From the NCBI GenBank assembly GCA_964016885.1, contig OZ024747.1, positions 83,514,001 through 83,578,000 of the forward strand: a stretch of 64,000 nucleotides of DNA, in the 5' to 3' direction. Below are positions 12,451-26,490 of the stretch, in pieces (the stretch's first letter is position 1; every line of letters begins with the position of its first letter). The translations under genes and the position numbers were made by a program. Source of the DNA: Eledone cirrhosa (taxonomy: Eukaryota). Below the pieces are notes generated by a model that did no database searches, was not told the origin of the DNA, and worked only from the letters and a program-made list of their open reading frames with translations.

Positions 12451-12838
12451 GTACAGTAAAGAATCAGTTCCAGAATTTGGAATCATGATCTGTTTGTGTG
12501 TAACTTTGAGTTTTGGCTACTATTGCATATTGACATCATAATTATACATTCTTCAGTTTACCTATCAGTGGAATAGGTATTAAATATTTGAAGATATGGC
12601 TTCATATCGAAATGGAGATGTTTCACATCTGTTAAAACATTAGAGATACTGTGGTTTATGAAAAGATTAACTCACTGATTGTTTGATATTTGTATAATGA
12701 AGTTCCAACTGGACAAAATCTCTTCATTATTTTTTAATTTGAATTGAAAACAAGTTGGTTCCATGCCAGTTTAACATTTCTAAAGCAATCTTCTTTCACA
12801 ACTTTTCAGAAATCTGGAAAATTTGACTAAAAGTTGAA

Positions 12839-13179
12839 TTAACTCTTATTCTGTAATGATTTAGTAGAAAATATCTAAAAACAGGTTTGTTAATTCAAAT
12901 GTGTATAGTACTTTTACTACTGGACTGATTGTGAAAATTTACAGTAGAAGATAGAATAAAAACTTCAATATTTAACCCTTTAGCATTTAAATTGGTTGTA
13001 TTCGGCCAGAATTCTCATACTGACGTTAGTGTATTGTTCTCAAAATAAATATCAAAATCTCGTCGATATTATGTAAGATAAAGCCTTTTATGAGAAGTGA
13101 TGTAGTCATAGTGCTGTTTTGTATTTTCAAGAATGTCTTGCTAATGTGATTTCATATGGTATAGGATGTTAAGAGTTAA
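12839..13179 (+). mobile_element. TTAA-flanked MITE family 3 containing a partial family-1 MITE
   Basis: TTAACTCTTA... and ...GGATGTTAAGAGTTAA ends. Body shared with ~5660-5866, 17381-17587 and 42112-42258. Confidence 0.7.
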
Positions 13180-14129
13180 ATAGAAATATGTTGTTAAGGA
13201 GTTTAAATTAAGTCAAATTGTTAATTATAATCTAAAATGATGACACGTTTTATTTTGAACTGTCTAACATCTGGCTATATTACCAGTTTCCTTGGATACC
13301 AGAATTTGACTCAATTTTTTATCATTACTTTGTGAAAATTTTATTTTAAATAATTCATAATTTAATTTTTACATTGATGTCTGTTTATGATGAAGGAGGA
13401 AATGGATATCAGAGGATGCAGAGAAAAGAGCAAAATGGAAGAGCTCTGCATAGGGCCCACAAGGCTAATCTTAGCAGAGAAAATGGTCTCAAAGTGTTTG
13501 TTGTTGTATTGGTGTCTGGAGTCAACTGAAAGGGCTGGCATGAGAAAGGGCATTTGTCCATAAAATATTGCCTAAAAAAAGGGTCCCATGATGGGCATGA
13601 ATCTTGCCATGGGATCCACAATGTTAACCACCTAAATTAACAAGGAAGATGACCTTGAAACGCTTGTTGTATTGGAGGAGAATCTATATGACTGGCTTCT
13701 GTTATTAACTTTAATGATATTGAAAGATTTGGAATAAATGATTTAAGGCAATTTCTGTAAAATGCTGTCATACTCTCAATTCTTTAGATGTATGTGGAAT
13801 CTGTTGTTGAAAACTGTTAAAATACCAATAACATAACTATTAATTGGTCTCTTGAACAGTAATTCAATATCAACAAAATTAACTGTAGCATACTTCTAAA
13901 GAAATTTCGTAGAATTATTTAACCCATTTGTCACCATATTTTTCATGAAAAGCATTGCATTTGTATTTAAAGTCACTTTGAAAATAATCAAGAAGTTGTA
14001 GGGATATAGTAATATAACTAATTTTCTCATTACTAAATGTTTGGAACATAAAACATAGGTTTTTACATAAGAATAGAATGGACGGGTTAGGTGCCATAAT
14101 AAACACCCACTCTGTCCTGTAAGGTTTTG

Positions 14130-14345
14130 GTACTGGTGTCACTATAGAATGTTCCCAGTATGTGCCGTAAAGTGGTTGGCATCAGGAAGGGCATCCAGCT
14201 GTAGAAACCAAGCCCCAAACCAAACATATGAGTATGATGTGGTCATCTGATTGGTTTAATCTCAGAATGAGAAAATCTGTTTAACCCATGTAAGTATGGA
14301 AATTAGATGTTAAATGGTGATTATGATAATGGTGATGATGATTAT
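14130..14345 (+). mobile_element. RTE-type SINE
   Basis: GGTTGGCATCAGGAAGGGCATCCAGCTGTAGAAACC and tail CCCATGTAAGTATGGAAATTAGATGTTAAATGGTGAT. Confidence 0.75.
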
Positions 14346-16299
14346 GCAAACACGTGCACACAAATACACACTCACACACACACTTTGGAGTTTAAAACTT
14401 TTCTTTTTAAATCCTTTTAATACCAAACCACCTGAAACTGCCTGTGATTCTGTGATACAAAGCTGCCCCTTTTAAAGTGTCCTTCCTTATATTAATACCT
14501 TTCTTCATAATTTTATGTAAGAATGTTAGGTTAAGTAATGTTCCAAATATCATGTTGATTATGAAAAAGTTATTTTACTAAATTCCTCCAAATTAATTGA
14601 AACATAGACAGTTTTTCATTAGAAATATAGTAACAAAAGGGTTAAAAGGTGAATTCATCATTTACAAAGACATGACAGTCAGTTTGGACAGTTGCTTTGT
14701 ATGGTGTATTCTATAGACAAGTTTTATTAACAAACAGGAATTTAATTAAGTGTTTTGCCCCTCCCCCCATCATGTGTGTTGTTGATAGACTTATTCTGTC
14801 AAGTTGCTATTAACCCTTTTGATACTAAACTGCTTGAAATTGACTCTGGTTTGTTTTAACTTTTTAAATCCTGTACCATATGAAACTGCATTGGCAAGAC
14901 ATTTTTGAAAACTGATCTGTGACTGCATCACATTGAAAATTAGTCTTTCCTTTACGTTAATACTGCAAATTTCTAACAATCTGTCCTCTAGTATAGCTAC
15001 TATAAACATATGAACTAACAAGCCTGTTATTAGATATTTTTTGCTAAATCATTACAAGATGTTAAAGTGTTTATATTTATTCAAAACCTTTCATTACAAT
15101 CTAATGTAAGAACCATTGTTATGCTCCAGACACCAGCTAAAAATAATGCAAAAGTTATTTTACAAAACCCCTCCAAATTCTTGATTATTAAAAAAATTAT
15201 TTGAAAATAATAAGCAGTGTTTTGATTAGAAATACAGTAATGAAAGTCTTAAGATTACCAATTTTAAACTAATCAGTTTATGCAATTCTACTAATAACAG
15301 TTTCCAGTTGTTGTTGTTGAAATATTGCAATATCTCAATGGATATTCTATCAGATTCTTTGCTTATTATATAAGATTTGTGGTCCACTATATATATTGCA
15401 ATGTGTCCCTGGACAAGTAATCTAATTTATGGAAATCTATATGAAAGCATCAAAATATAACTAAGGACTCATTCTTAATTCTTTTGATATCAAGCCCTGT
15501 AATCTATGATATAAATCTTTTGTTTTAAAATGCTTATATTTATCTGAAATCCTTCCATCATAATTTTATTTAAGAACTTTTATGTTATACTCTAAACACC
15601 AGCTTAATAATGAGAAATTTAGTTATAATAGTAAATTCCCTCCAGAACTCTTCATTATTTTCAAAATTATTTTAAAATTTTAGACAGCGCATTATAAATA
15701 TGGTAACGGAAGTGTTAAACTGTTTTGGATTAATACCAATTAGATGAAGGAGATGCTTCACTTCTCAAGATTGTATGTAATTTCTAGTATTTACAATCAT
15801 ATACATGTATTTTTGAAATTATAGCTGTTATGGGCTGTTGAAAGCAAGTTTGAGCAGCAACATTCTTGAAGCTGTTGATAGTTATAGGAAAGTCAAATAT
15901 GTTACGAAAGTCAAATAGACATTCAAATTACCATTGGTTTATCTCCCTAATGAATATGTGTTCTAAGCAATCATTGTAGAATTGTGATTTTAATTATGAC
16001 CAAGCATTTGTTTTCTGCATCCAGTGAACAAACATTCTAGTTTGCAGTTTCTATATTTTTGCTTGATATTAGCAGAAAAGATGAGATGATATCAACAAAG
16101 ATATAATTTATTTTGACAATCTTATCTTCTACTAGCCTAGCTTCCTCAGATGTTTGCTTAATACTCTATTAAGCAATGTGTATTCTTCTCCTCAAAATAG
16201 CAAAATAAAGATCATTGAACTTATGTAACTAAATTTCCACCCCATATTTTCAAGTTTCCCTTTTATGGACTAGAAAAGAAGAAATTTTGGATCTTATTG

Positions 16300-16660
16300 A
16301 GATAATTGTTTTCTCCCTGTGGAGCATTGGGCAATGAGATTTCCACCCAGCATGCTTGCAAGCTCTGTCATGTCCATATTTTCAAGACAGTCCTTCACAA
16401 ATCCCAACCAGGTCTTGACATGTCTGTCTAGTCTCCTACATCTCCCCTTCTGCCTTCTACTTGAGAAAGGATCCCATTTGTCCAATTCATGGGCATCCAT
16501 AGTCTATGTTCAGCCTTATTACAGTGATGGTATTTCATAGATTATTCAACTTGGCTCTTTCCATGGCCTCTCTATCCATGATGTAGTAATACCAAGAAAT
16601 TGTATATACCTAAGGAAATGCAGTTCTATAGATTCTGTTGGTTCTTTTGCTTGTATTTTG
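16300..16660 (-). mobile_element. Highly decayed RTE-like LINE 3' fragment
   Basis: Broken frames give ELHFLRYIQFLGIT, KWDPFSSRRQKGR and NLIAQCS, in the order expected for an RTE ORF C-terminus. Confidence 0.45.
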
Positions 16661-18397
16661 GGTTTGATTCCTGGATTGGATTGTATATTGTATACTTCAG
16701 CAAAAGGCTTCATGTTATGTTGCTTTTCATAATAGGGCTGAGAACCCCATAATTAAAACATGAGAAACCTCCTATGAGATATCACCTTGTAGGAGGCCAG
16801 CTAAACCTACATATGTGTAGCTGTAAATTTCTTTTAATTTCATTTCATATTATGATGTCTTAGACATACATTTGCTTACTGAGTGTTATTTTTAGCTAAA
16901 CTGTTCTCTTGAATATTAAAACAGAATATATTATTGATTATTTTGACAAGTGTTAAATGTCCACCTTAACAGCAAAGGATTTTAGAACATCAAAGTTACT
17001 TGAAGATGAGATTATTAATTAAACTATTGCAAGTGAAATTTCATAGCCAATAATTTGAACATATATGGTTATTTAACTTGTAGAATTTCAGGGTTGTTCC
17101 ACTACCATACAATTAGAACTGGTTCTATCTTATTGCTAGTTTGATATTTGCCTTTAAGGGACAAGTGTAGATGAAAGTGTGTGACTTATTGGCTAGAGTG
17201 TTTGACTTGCTATCATAAATTTGTGGGTTTGTTTCCTGAACTGCATGGTGTGTTGTGTCCTTGAGCAAGACAATTCAGTTCACTCAGCTAAAAGGAAAGA
17301 AAAATGAATACCAGCAACTGGGAATTAACCCCACATAAATTTTCATATTATAAGTAAACAAAATATCATGGTAGTTTGTTTTAAACTCTTAACAGCCTGT
17401 AATAATTTAGCAGAATGTATCTAAAAAGGGTTTGTGAATTGTTTATATCTTTATTGGGGCCTCATCATCATCATCATGTATACTAAAGATATTGATTTTC
17501 AATGTAATGCAATCATAGCACTATGTTATATTTTTCAAGAATGTCTTGCTAATGTAAATTCATGTGATACAGGACATTAAGAATTAAAGCTGAGTAAAGA
17601 ACGAAGAGCCTTGGATAATTGAGAGTTAGTCAATGACTTGAGCAAAAGGCTATGTATATATAGTTTAGAATAGCACTGTATTCCTGCATGCTCTAAAAAG
17701 TGACAAAAAGGGTTGGCTCCAGGAAGGGCATCTGACTATAAAACATTGCATCATCACAAAGCCTTCAAGGCCAACCACTACTTAAGCATGGGAAATAGTC
17801 TTAGTATTATTTTGTTGTAGTCAATAGTTTGAGTAAAAGATATCTTATACTGAAGAGAGTTGTTTGATGAAATTTAACAAACATAAGATATAACAGATTA
17901 CTGTTACTATATCTCTTCAGTTTCTGTTTCATCTGAGTGAATCTGAAATGCCATTTCTTATGTAAATAATTCTTCACCCTTGTGTCTTAGATTACGGTAT
18001 TTACATATAGATAAGTTGCAGTGTTTTAATGAAAGAATTGAGCAGGAAAACCCACATGCAACTTATCAATTGCTCTGAGCCTAAAATCTACAGCATTCCG
18101 TAAGAGAGAGAAAGAGAGAGGGGGATGATTATATAAGTCATGTCAATATTCACTGAATATGAGTATCGATGTTGTAAGCAAATATATATAGATGACATCT
18201 CACGTGAAAACAAAAATGTCTTCCATGTGTGCGAAACATAAATGTGTAGTTTTCTATTGGCTGGATGTAATCCTAATGCCCATTAAATGCTACAGATATT
18301 TATTGCCAGTTATTTAGTTGTAGCAATTTAAAAGCACTGGTTAATCTGTATGTTTTAAGGTGTAAATACATAACTTTGATATATATATATATATATA

Positions 18398-18550
18398 TGG
18401 GCGGAGGTGGTGAGAGCAGACCTCAGATTGCTGAAGCTCACGGTGGAGATGACAAAGGACCGTGACAAGTGGAGAGATGCTGTGTTGAATAGGACCCGTC
18501 CCACCCTTGCAAGCAGGGAAAAGTGGACGGAAAATGATGATGATGATGAT
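18398..18550 (+). mobile_element. RTE LINE extreme 3' end with (GAT)n tail, inserted after (TA)n
   Basis: WAEVVRADLRLLKL...KDRDKWRDAV; closely matches 45128-45275. Confidence 0.88.
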
Positions 18551-19164
18551 GGTTCCTGGACTTTGTTAGACTGTACTGGCAGTGATTGTGGATGTTTATT
18601 TTAGCTAAATATATTCTTTTTATTTAAACACAAGCAAAGTTGCAAGTAGTATTTACAAAAAAGAAAAAAAAACAAACAAACCTACAAACAAAACCACCAC
18701 TTATGTATGAATCAAGGCTCTAACCAAAATATTATAAACACAAAGGAGCTGTGACTTATCTGTTGCTGTGACTCATATATAAGTAAATATAGTATGTGGA
18801 CATTCAACTGTTAAAATGAAAAAAGAGCTATTAAAATAACTTAATTTCTATGTAAATTCAGGTGGTCAACCCTAAAGAAAAAAAGCTTTTTTTCCCCCTT
18901 ATAAATTATAACAATTGAATCCTTTTGATATCAAACTGCCTGAAACCACCTCTGGTTCTATAATAGAAAACTGTTTGCATTAAGATATTTATATTCAAAA
19001 CACTTTTCATTATAATTTTGTGAGAAGCCTTGTTAAAGTTATTCCTCAAGCATCAGTTTAATAACGAGAAAGTTATATTACTAAATCCTTTCAAATTCTT
19101 GAATATTTTTTAAATGAGCCGAAAATTATAAGCAATATCATTAGAAATATGTTAATGAAAGTGT

Positions 19165-19223
<59 letters not shown>

Positions 19224-19264
19224 CGAAACATAAGTCAATTGCATGAACTCATAATCCTTTATTT

Positions 19265-19320
19265 ACTGCTATATATATTTCGATGATAGCCATTGAATGG
19301 CTATGACCTCATCAGGCAGT
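19265..19320 (-). ncRNA. Minimal type-I hammerhead ribozyme
   Basis: Minus strand ACTGC-CTGATGA-[GGT C ATAGCCAT TCA ATGGCTAT C ATC]-GAAA-TATATA-TA-GCAGT: 5-bp helix I, intact core, long helix II, palindromic helix III (ATATATAT), AUA cleavage triplet. Confidence 0.85.
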
Positions 19321-20077
19321 TACTCAGTTCTTAGATATGCCAGCTCTGTGTTTATAGTGTTGATGGTATCAGAGCCTTGGGACATATATATATATTTTAT
19401 TCTAGAGCAGTCACATCACTAATATCTTTTATATCATTAATCTTGTTTATTTTTTTATCTCTATTTTTTTTCTCATCATTTTAATTCTTTGATAGCAGGA
19501 TTAACTGTGTTCAATCATGCAAGAGTGCACTAACAGCTTTCACATTCATAAGGTTAATTGAAGGACTTGGAGAGATTTGCTTTTTGATATGTTAAGTACA
19601 TGTTTTAATAGATCAAAGTTAAGTACACTAGTTCTTGTTATACTGTATCATATAAAGAGTCAATGTAAATATTTCCACATTCACTGAAGTTAAAATGCAG
19701 TGCATTCACTATAACTGACTGGATCACTCGGGAGTTTTTAAAGCATGGAACTTGGTACTACAGAATTGCTACAAGCTCCACATCCGCCACCAACTTCACC
19801 ACCATCGTTGCTGTCACTGTCACCACTGCTACCACCAGCATCACTACTGACATCATTTGTAATGTGGTGTAACTTCCTCCGTCTCAAAGAAAAAGCCCCC
19901 CCCCCTCTCCTTCTCTCCAAAAAATAAACAATAAAAACCAAGTCATGCAGTCTCATGAAACAAAATCGTTTTATCATGTTCAAATATAAAACAAGCACAA
20001 AAACACGCACACGCACAACCACATGCATACATGTGTGTGTGTGCATGTGCACAAATACACAAGTATATGCATATAGA

Positions 20078-20546
20078 TACGAAGTCTGTCAAAAAGTATT
20101 CAACTGTAAGCCAGATAAAATGTTATATACTTGGTAAAGTTCAATTGTTAATTCCCTTCAAAGTAGGCACCTTGTGCCTTCACATATTTTGCACTGTGTC
20201 AGGTATGATTATTTGGGCCAGGGCAATGTGGACTGTTTCTACTGTGATGACGGAACTTTGATTTTCAGGACTTACCTATACACCCAGGTCTCATTTCCAG
20301 TTACCACAGTATTCAGGGGCTCAGCATTTTTGATGGCAGTATTGGGCAAAAGGAAAATGCAATGATTACGTAGTAAAGCACCTCACATGCTGGCTGCCTG
20401 ACAATGGCTGGTGTATATAGTGAGCTCACTGAAAACCAGGTATACACATTAATACATGAGGCTTCGCTCTGCACACTTTTTTCTCCTTAACACCATTGTC
20501 TCATGGAGAAAAAAGTTGGATACTTTTTCAACAAAGTGTGCGTGTA
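20078..20546 (-). mobile_element. Old internally deleted mariner relic
   Basis: Left end TA-CGAAGTCTGTCAAAAAGTATTCAACT versus right end AGTTGGATACTTTTTCAACA (imperfect TIR). Minus strand encodes VVTGNETWV (first catalytic motif, mutated) and QGAYFEG (mariner C-terminus). Confidence 0.75.
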
Positions 20547-20548
20547 TG

Positions 20549-20722
<174 letters not shown>

Positions 20723-21114
20723 CATTTCCAGCTGACTGTAGTCATTTTTTCTAAACTAACTGATTGCCCTTTTGATGTCAGTGTTTGGTATTATTCAGTG
20801 AAGTCTTCCTATCGTTGCATTAGAAGAGGGTGTAGTTCCCCCCCCCCCCTGACCCTCTGAAGAAGGAACAACTGATACCTGTCTATTGTATACAGATATA
20901 CACTAAGAACTGTATAACTATACACAGCTAATATACACAGCTCTCATCCACTGCAGGCTAATGTTACCTTTATTTTAAACAAATCACCTTAGTTTATGAT
21001 AGCTGTCATCAATGCTTTTATTTCTTCCTAATTGTAGTTGCATAGAACAAAGAGTGTTGTCTCTTTTAATAATACTTTTCTGGATTTTGTGTTATGTTAG
21101 TTGTAGTGGTTTCT

Positions 21115-21164
<50 letters not shown>

Positions 21165-23270
21165 TTTTGGATATGTATCAGTATCTCGAGCAAAGATTAA
21201 ACTTTAGTAAATGTTACCCTTTTGTTTTTACATTTATTTCCCTCCCCATTGAACCACCACCACCACCACCACCACAACAACAACAACAAAATGAATTAAA
21301 CTAAAAATCAAAACAACTTCAATGTGCCCCTCAATCTTTTATCACTTTGATCTGTTGTTAACTAAAAGATATGATTAGAATGTCATCATTATCATATATC
21401 TGGTTTTTAATGCCAGCATGGGTTGGACAGGTCTATACAAACCAAGTCAGTACTTAATTGGAGCTACTGTTCTTCTAGATAGGTAGGAGGGGTAAGCCTA
21501 GCTTACATAGCTTCCATCATTTGATGTTGTTTCTACGCCTGAATGCATGGTTTGTATGGCTAGATGCTTTTTCTAACCACTTTACAGAGTGCACAGGGTG
21601 CATTTTATTGTTGAACTAACACAAGAAAGGTTGTCATGTACTCAACACAATTGAAGGAGTCCTCTCAACCTTTGGTTTAGCTTCATTTCTATGACTGGAT
21701 GCCCTTCTTAGCACCAAATTCAAATCCCACTGATATCAACTTTATCCATTCATCCTTTTGAGGTCAAGAAAGTACCAGTCCAGGGTTGTGTATTGGTTGA
21801 ATGGGGTACCTTGTGGTATCTGATCCACCTCTGTGCAATCTGAGTTCAAATCCTGCTCCCTTCTGCCAGGCGTTATGACAGACAGATAGCATCAGCAATG
21901 GAAACATAGATTTCCTTGACTTAATCTAATGTTGGGTATGTAAAGGGTTAGATGGGGCTGTGGTCTTAATTGAAAGTCTAGGGATTGGTTGAGGATGGTC
22001 ATGATGAGTGTTTGTATTGCCAAGGAATAGAGAGCCTAGTATTTAACATATATTTCGTCAGAATATTTAACATTTTCTCTCTCTTTCACACACACAACTG
22101 GCACTCACCACAGCTGAATTGAAAGGGGGAGAGATAGGGATTTCTTTTTTACTATATTAAAAATAGCAAATATCTTCTTTTTTTTATTTACTTTATGAAA
22201 TTGGATTAAATATTAACTTGAACAGCTGAAAATGTCAAAAACTCCAGAAATTTCTCTAGCTTCTTATTTTTACCATAATTCTGTGTTTTATCTTCTGCTG
22301 CATCTTTGTAGGTGGTATATTATTATTATTGTTGTTTTTATTATTATTATTAATGTTATTATGCAATTTTCTTTTTTTTTTATTCCCTGTATGGCACTAC
22401 ACAAAAGCTTGTTTTATTAGTTGCTTTATATTTTGTAGTCGTTGTTGTTCTTTTAGTTCATAGTATTTTATGTGACTAGATATAGGTTTTTAAAAAAATT
22501 ATTTTACAGTAATTCAATTTTATATTGATAATTTAGAAGTTAAGATTTGGAAAATGTTTACTTATACATTTTTGTATGTTTTATTTCTTTTACGAGGTTT
22601 AATTTGATTTTGTTTCAAAATACCAACTTCATAAATACCAACAGTATTAACTTAACTTGAACATACAGTAGAATATTTGACATTGATGTGGTAGCTTATG
22701 ATTTATGTTTCAATTCGCTTGTTTCAAACAAAACAATGCTTTGTGTAATGTTGGAGGTACATGGCTGAGTGGTTAAGGTGTTGGACTCACGATCAAAAAG
22801 TTGTAGCTTCAATTTCTGAACTGAGTGGCATGTTGTGTCCTTGAGCAAGACACTTCATATCACATTGTTTCTGTTCTCTCAGCTGAAAAGATAAATGAAT
22901 ACTAGCAGCAGCTGGGGAATAACCCTTAAAACAGTGTTTTGTCCGGGGGAGTGTTTTCCTGATAGAACTGATAACTGTATCATTAAAACATCTGAAAAAC
23001 CTATTAGATGCTATCTCGTAGGAGGCTAGCTAAACCTGCATAGGTGGGAACAGTAACAACAAGATTGTATAATGTTATCTTTCTGAGTTGTTATATTATT
23101 TACTCTACTTACATTATTATTTTCTCTTATAGAAAGCCCATAATTTTACTTTCTTTCATAAAAATTGTACCAGAAATGAGCCAGGATATTAAGAATGATG
23201 GTAAAATGGAGTGTTATAGATAAGACTGGACTTGTTATCTGGTTGTAGTGATTTCACTTGATTTTTGTCA

Positions 23271-23522
23271 TTAACCCTTTTAATATCATAATAATTATGA
23301 CACTGCCTGTGATTTTCAAATAATATGGAAAATAATCAAGAATCTGAAAGGGATTTAATAAAATAGGTTTCTCATTATTAAGCTGGTGTTTGGAACATAG
23401 CTTCTTACATAAAATTATGATGGAAGTTTTTTTTTTCAGATAATTATAAATTTTTGAAAACAAACAATTCTCTATGGTAGAACCATGAACAGTTTTAAGC
23501 ATTTGTGTATCAAAAGGGTTAA
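23271..23522 (-). mobile_element. MITE family 2, complete copy
   Basis: TTAACCCTTT ... GTATCAAAAGGGTTAA. Confidence 0.82.
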
Positions 23523-26161
23523 TACTTCTAAGTGTGTCATGAACATCCCACTCTCTTACTGACCGATCATTGAAAACAAGCCAGGTTTTTCCTTTACTTC
23601 TTGCCTCCCCTCTCTCTCACATCTTAATCTATTTTGACTGACTTCTCTACTAAAATTGCTTAGGTGATGAGTAAATGGACTTTGCTCTGACTTAAGTCCT
23701 TAAACCTTTTAATACTAACCTGTTCCAGATGGCCCCAATTTTATGATGACAAACCTCTTTTTAAAGTATTCATATTTAAATAAATAAAAAATTGTTACAA
23801 AGAATATCTTTAAACACCAAGTTCATAATATGGTTAGTCATTTTACTAAATCCCTTCAAAATTGACATAGGCAGTGTCTTTCATAAGAAATATGGGTAAT
23901 GAAAGGGTTAACAAAGACAGTCTACTCTATATTTTTTTGTTAACCTATCTGTGAAATAGCTCTTCTATTACCCCATTGAATAGCCAGGGATAACTATGAA
24001 CTGTTATGACATTTTTTTCCTTTCCTTCCAAGTAAATGTTGGAATTTTCAGAATTAACTAAACTTAAGAGAAAGTCAGGAAATGATATAAAGAAAAATTG
24101 TAGAAGAAACACAAGAAAACTTAAGATAAGACTGTCATTTGAAATTGTGGATGAAACTCAAAATACAAATGACATTAATTCAATAACTGCCTTATCTCTT
24201 TAAAGCATTTGTATTTATATATCCAAGTCCAAGAAGTGTATTATTTTTGTATTGACTCTCTCTATTCTCCATGATACCATAATAGCGACTTCCCTTTCAT
24301 TTTCATTTATTTACATATTACAGAAAATAGGTTTTATTCAGTTGGCTGTTTGTTGTATATTTTAGGTGAATTTTAATCAAATGGTTCCAAACTTTGTTTA
24401 TGAAATAATATTCTAAATCCTCATTCTATTTCATTTTATTTTCATCTGTCAGAATTTGTGTTTGGAAATATTGTTGTGTGTGTTTGTGTATGTATTTGTA
24501 TTTTCTTCTTCACATAAACATCATGTCAAAAATACTGCTACCAATATTTACTTAAGATTTTATAGTTTGATGGCATTATCTCTAGTAGGAAATCTTAAGT
24601 TTGATATCTATAGGCTTATACTTCAGAATGTGTTCTTGATTTCTCACCAAAGTTCCTGCTTCCTCTGTTTCTTCTTCTTTAATAATCACAATTTAACTTT
24701 ATTTATTCCTGGCATAGTATTTCTAGAAGAATTCCAAAGTCTATTGCATGTATTTTATTCATACATTTGGGTGCATGTGTGTTTGTGTAAGTATATATGA
24801 TAAATATATACCTGTACAGAAAGATGGCAAGATTTAACCAAAGATTTGTAAATGTGTAAATAAACTCACCAACAAATATAAGCATGTACTTCTCTCTAGT
24901 TTAGAATAGGTACACTGTATAGGAAGTGATTAAAAGGGTTATTGCCCCCCCCCCCCCCAAAAAAAAAGGCATCTGACTCTAACCCTCTTGAAAAGGACCT
25001 TATGGGAAATTACTTTAAAATGCTTGTTGCTGTTGTATTTATGAATTTATTGTCAGCTGACAGAGAAAGAATAACTCATTTGACTCAAGTTTTGATTCTA
25101 GTTGTTTTCCTCAGACTATATACACCTTCATCAGTTTGTTGGTTGCATGAGTGTGTCTGTCCATACTTGTGTTTATGTCTGTGTATGTCTCAAAAAGAGA
25201 TTGATAAAATAAGTACCAAGTTTGAAAATATAAGTACTGGAGTTTATATAATCAATGGTAATCCTTTTAGCATTTACATTGTTCTATATTTACTATTATA
25301 TTTTCACGGTAAAGGCTGGAACTCACATAATATCAAATCTACCAGATTTTGATATTATTTATTTTGAGGACAATACCTTAACATCAGTATGAGCAACCAG
25401 TTACAGCCGGTTTGAACAGAAAGAAATGAGAGAATTCTGGCTGGATATGGCCAGTTTAAATGCTAAAGGGTTAAGTGGTGCCCTAGAATGGCCACAGTCT
25501 AATGATTGAAACCAGTAAAAAGAATAATAGAAAGAATGTTGTTTATACCTGTTAGAAATATGGTCACGAAAGAGTTTAGTTACGAAACTGAATCCTGATG
25601 TTTGCAAGTAAGTGGAACAAAATCTCTTAAGAATCCCCAACTGAGAATGAACCCGTAAAGCTGCTTCTCATGTTCTGAAATCCAATGCTTTTAAGCACTA
25701 AACCCTGGTGACATACTCAGTATGTGATGATAATGGCGTTTACTTATTGCAGAATTTGAGATGGTTAAAAGTAAGCTATACCAGCAGGAAAGGGAGAAAC
25801 ATATGTGAAAGATGTTTATTAAAAGTAAAAGCATCAATCTAGAAATAGAATTGTATTTTTATCATCTGCAAATTTATAGTTCTTTCTTAACTGGAATAGT
25901 TATCTGTCTGTCTGTCTGTTCAGGGCTTGGTGACAGCTAACTAGGAGTATTATGGGATGCTGTTTGGTGGGGTGGGGAGGCCAGGAGGTTATTCTAATAA
26001 CATATGTTTGATAGTCTGGCTAGGTTATTGTGACATTTAGATGAAGGTCTAGTGCAGGATCTGAAAATCTCTTAGACCATTGGGACTCCTTACTCCCCTC
26101 ATATATATCAGGTATGCAGAAAAAATAAATAAATAAATAAATAAAATAGAATATAAAATAG

Positions 26162-26490
26162 ACATCATCCCCATTTAGCATTTATTTTCCATGGTTGCAT
26201 AGGTTAGGTGGGATGTCATGTGAGGCCAGATAGGGCAGGTGACCACATCCTACTCATATACTCCATTTTCGGCTTGGTTTCCTATGGCTGAATGCCCTTT
26301 CTAATGCCAACTACCTTACAAGACACTCTGGATGCTTTTTTTTTTCTGGTACCAGTACTACTACTTTACAAGGTGGACTGGGTGCTTTTTGTTGTATCAC
26401 CAGTATGCCACCTTACAGGGTGGACTGGCTGCTTATCCATGTTGCGCTAGTATGACCCTCTTACAACGTGGACTGTGTATGTTTTACCTT
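26162..26490 (-). mobile_element. RTE-type SINE with about four internal ~48-bp tandem units
   Basis: ATGGCTGAATGCCCTTTCTAATGCCAAC motif; TTACA..GTGGACTG unit at ~26366, 26413 and 26461. Confidence 0.7.

Noticed and set aside
25095-25140. CTGATGA...GAAA on the minus strand as another hammerhead (similar cases near 17850 and 39063)
   Set aside because: No helix II or helix I pairing.
24942-25352. 136-aa ORF with PPPPPKKK start
   Set aside because: Non-ATG start in homopolymer runs; the 3' half runs through SINE B and MITE 1 sequence.
26310-26490. CRISPR-like repeat-spacer appearance (also 43850-43990 and 32734-32927)
   Set aside because: Whole units are homologous and degenerate, they lie within SINEs or a minisatellite, there are no cas genes and the context is eukaryotic.
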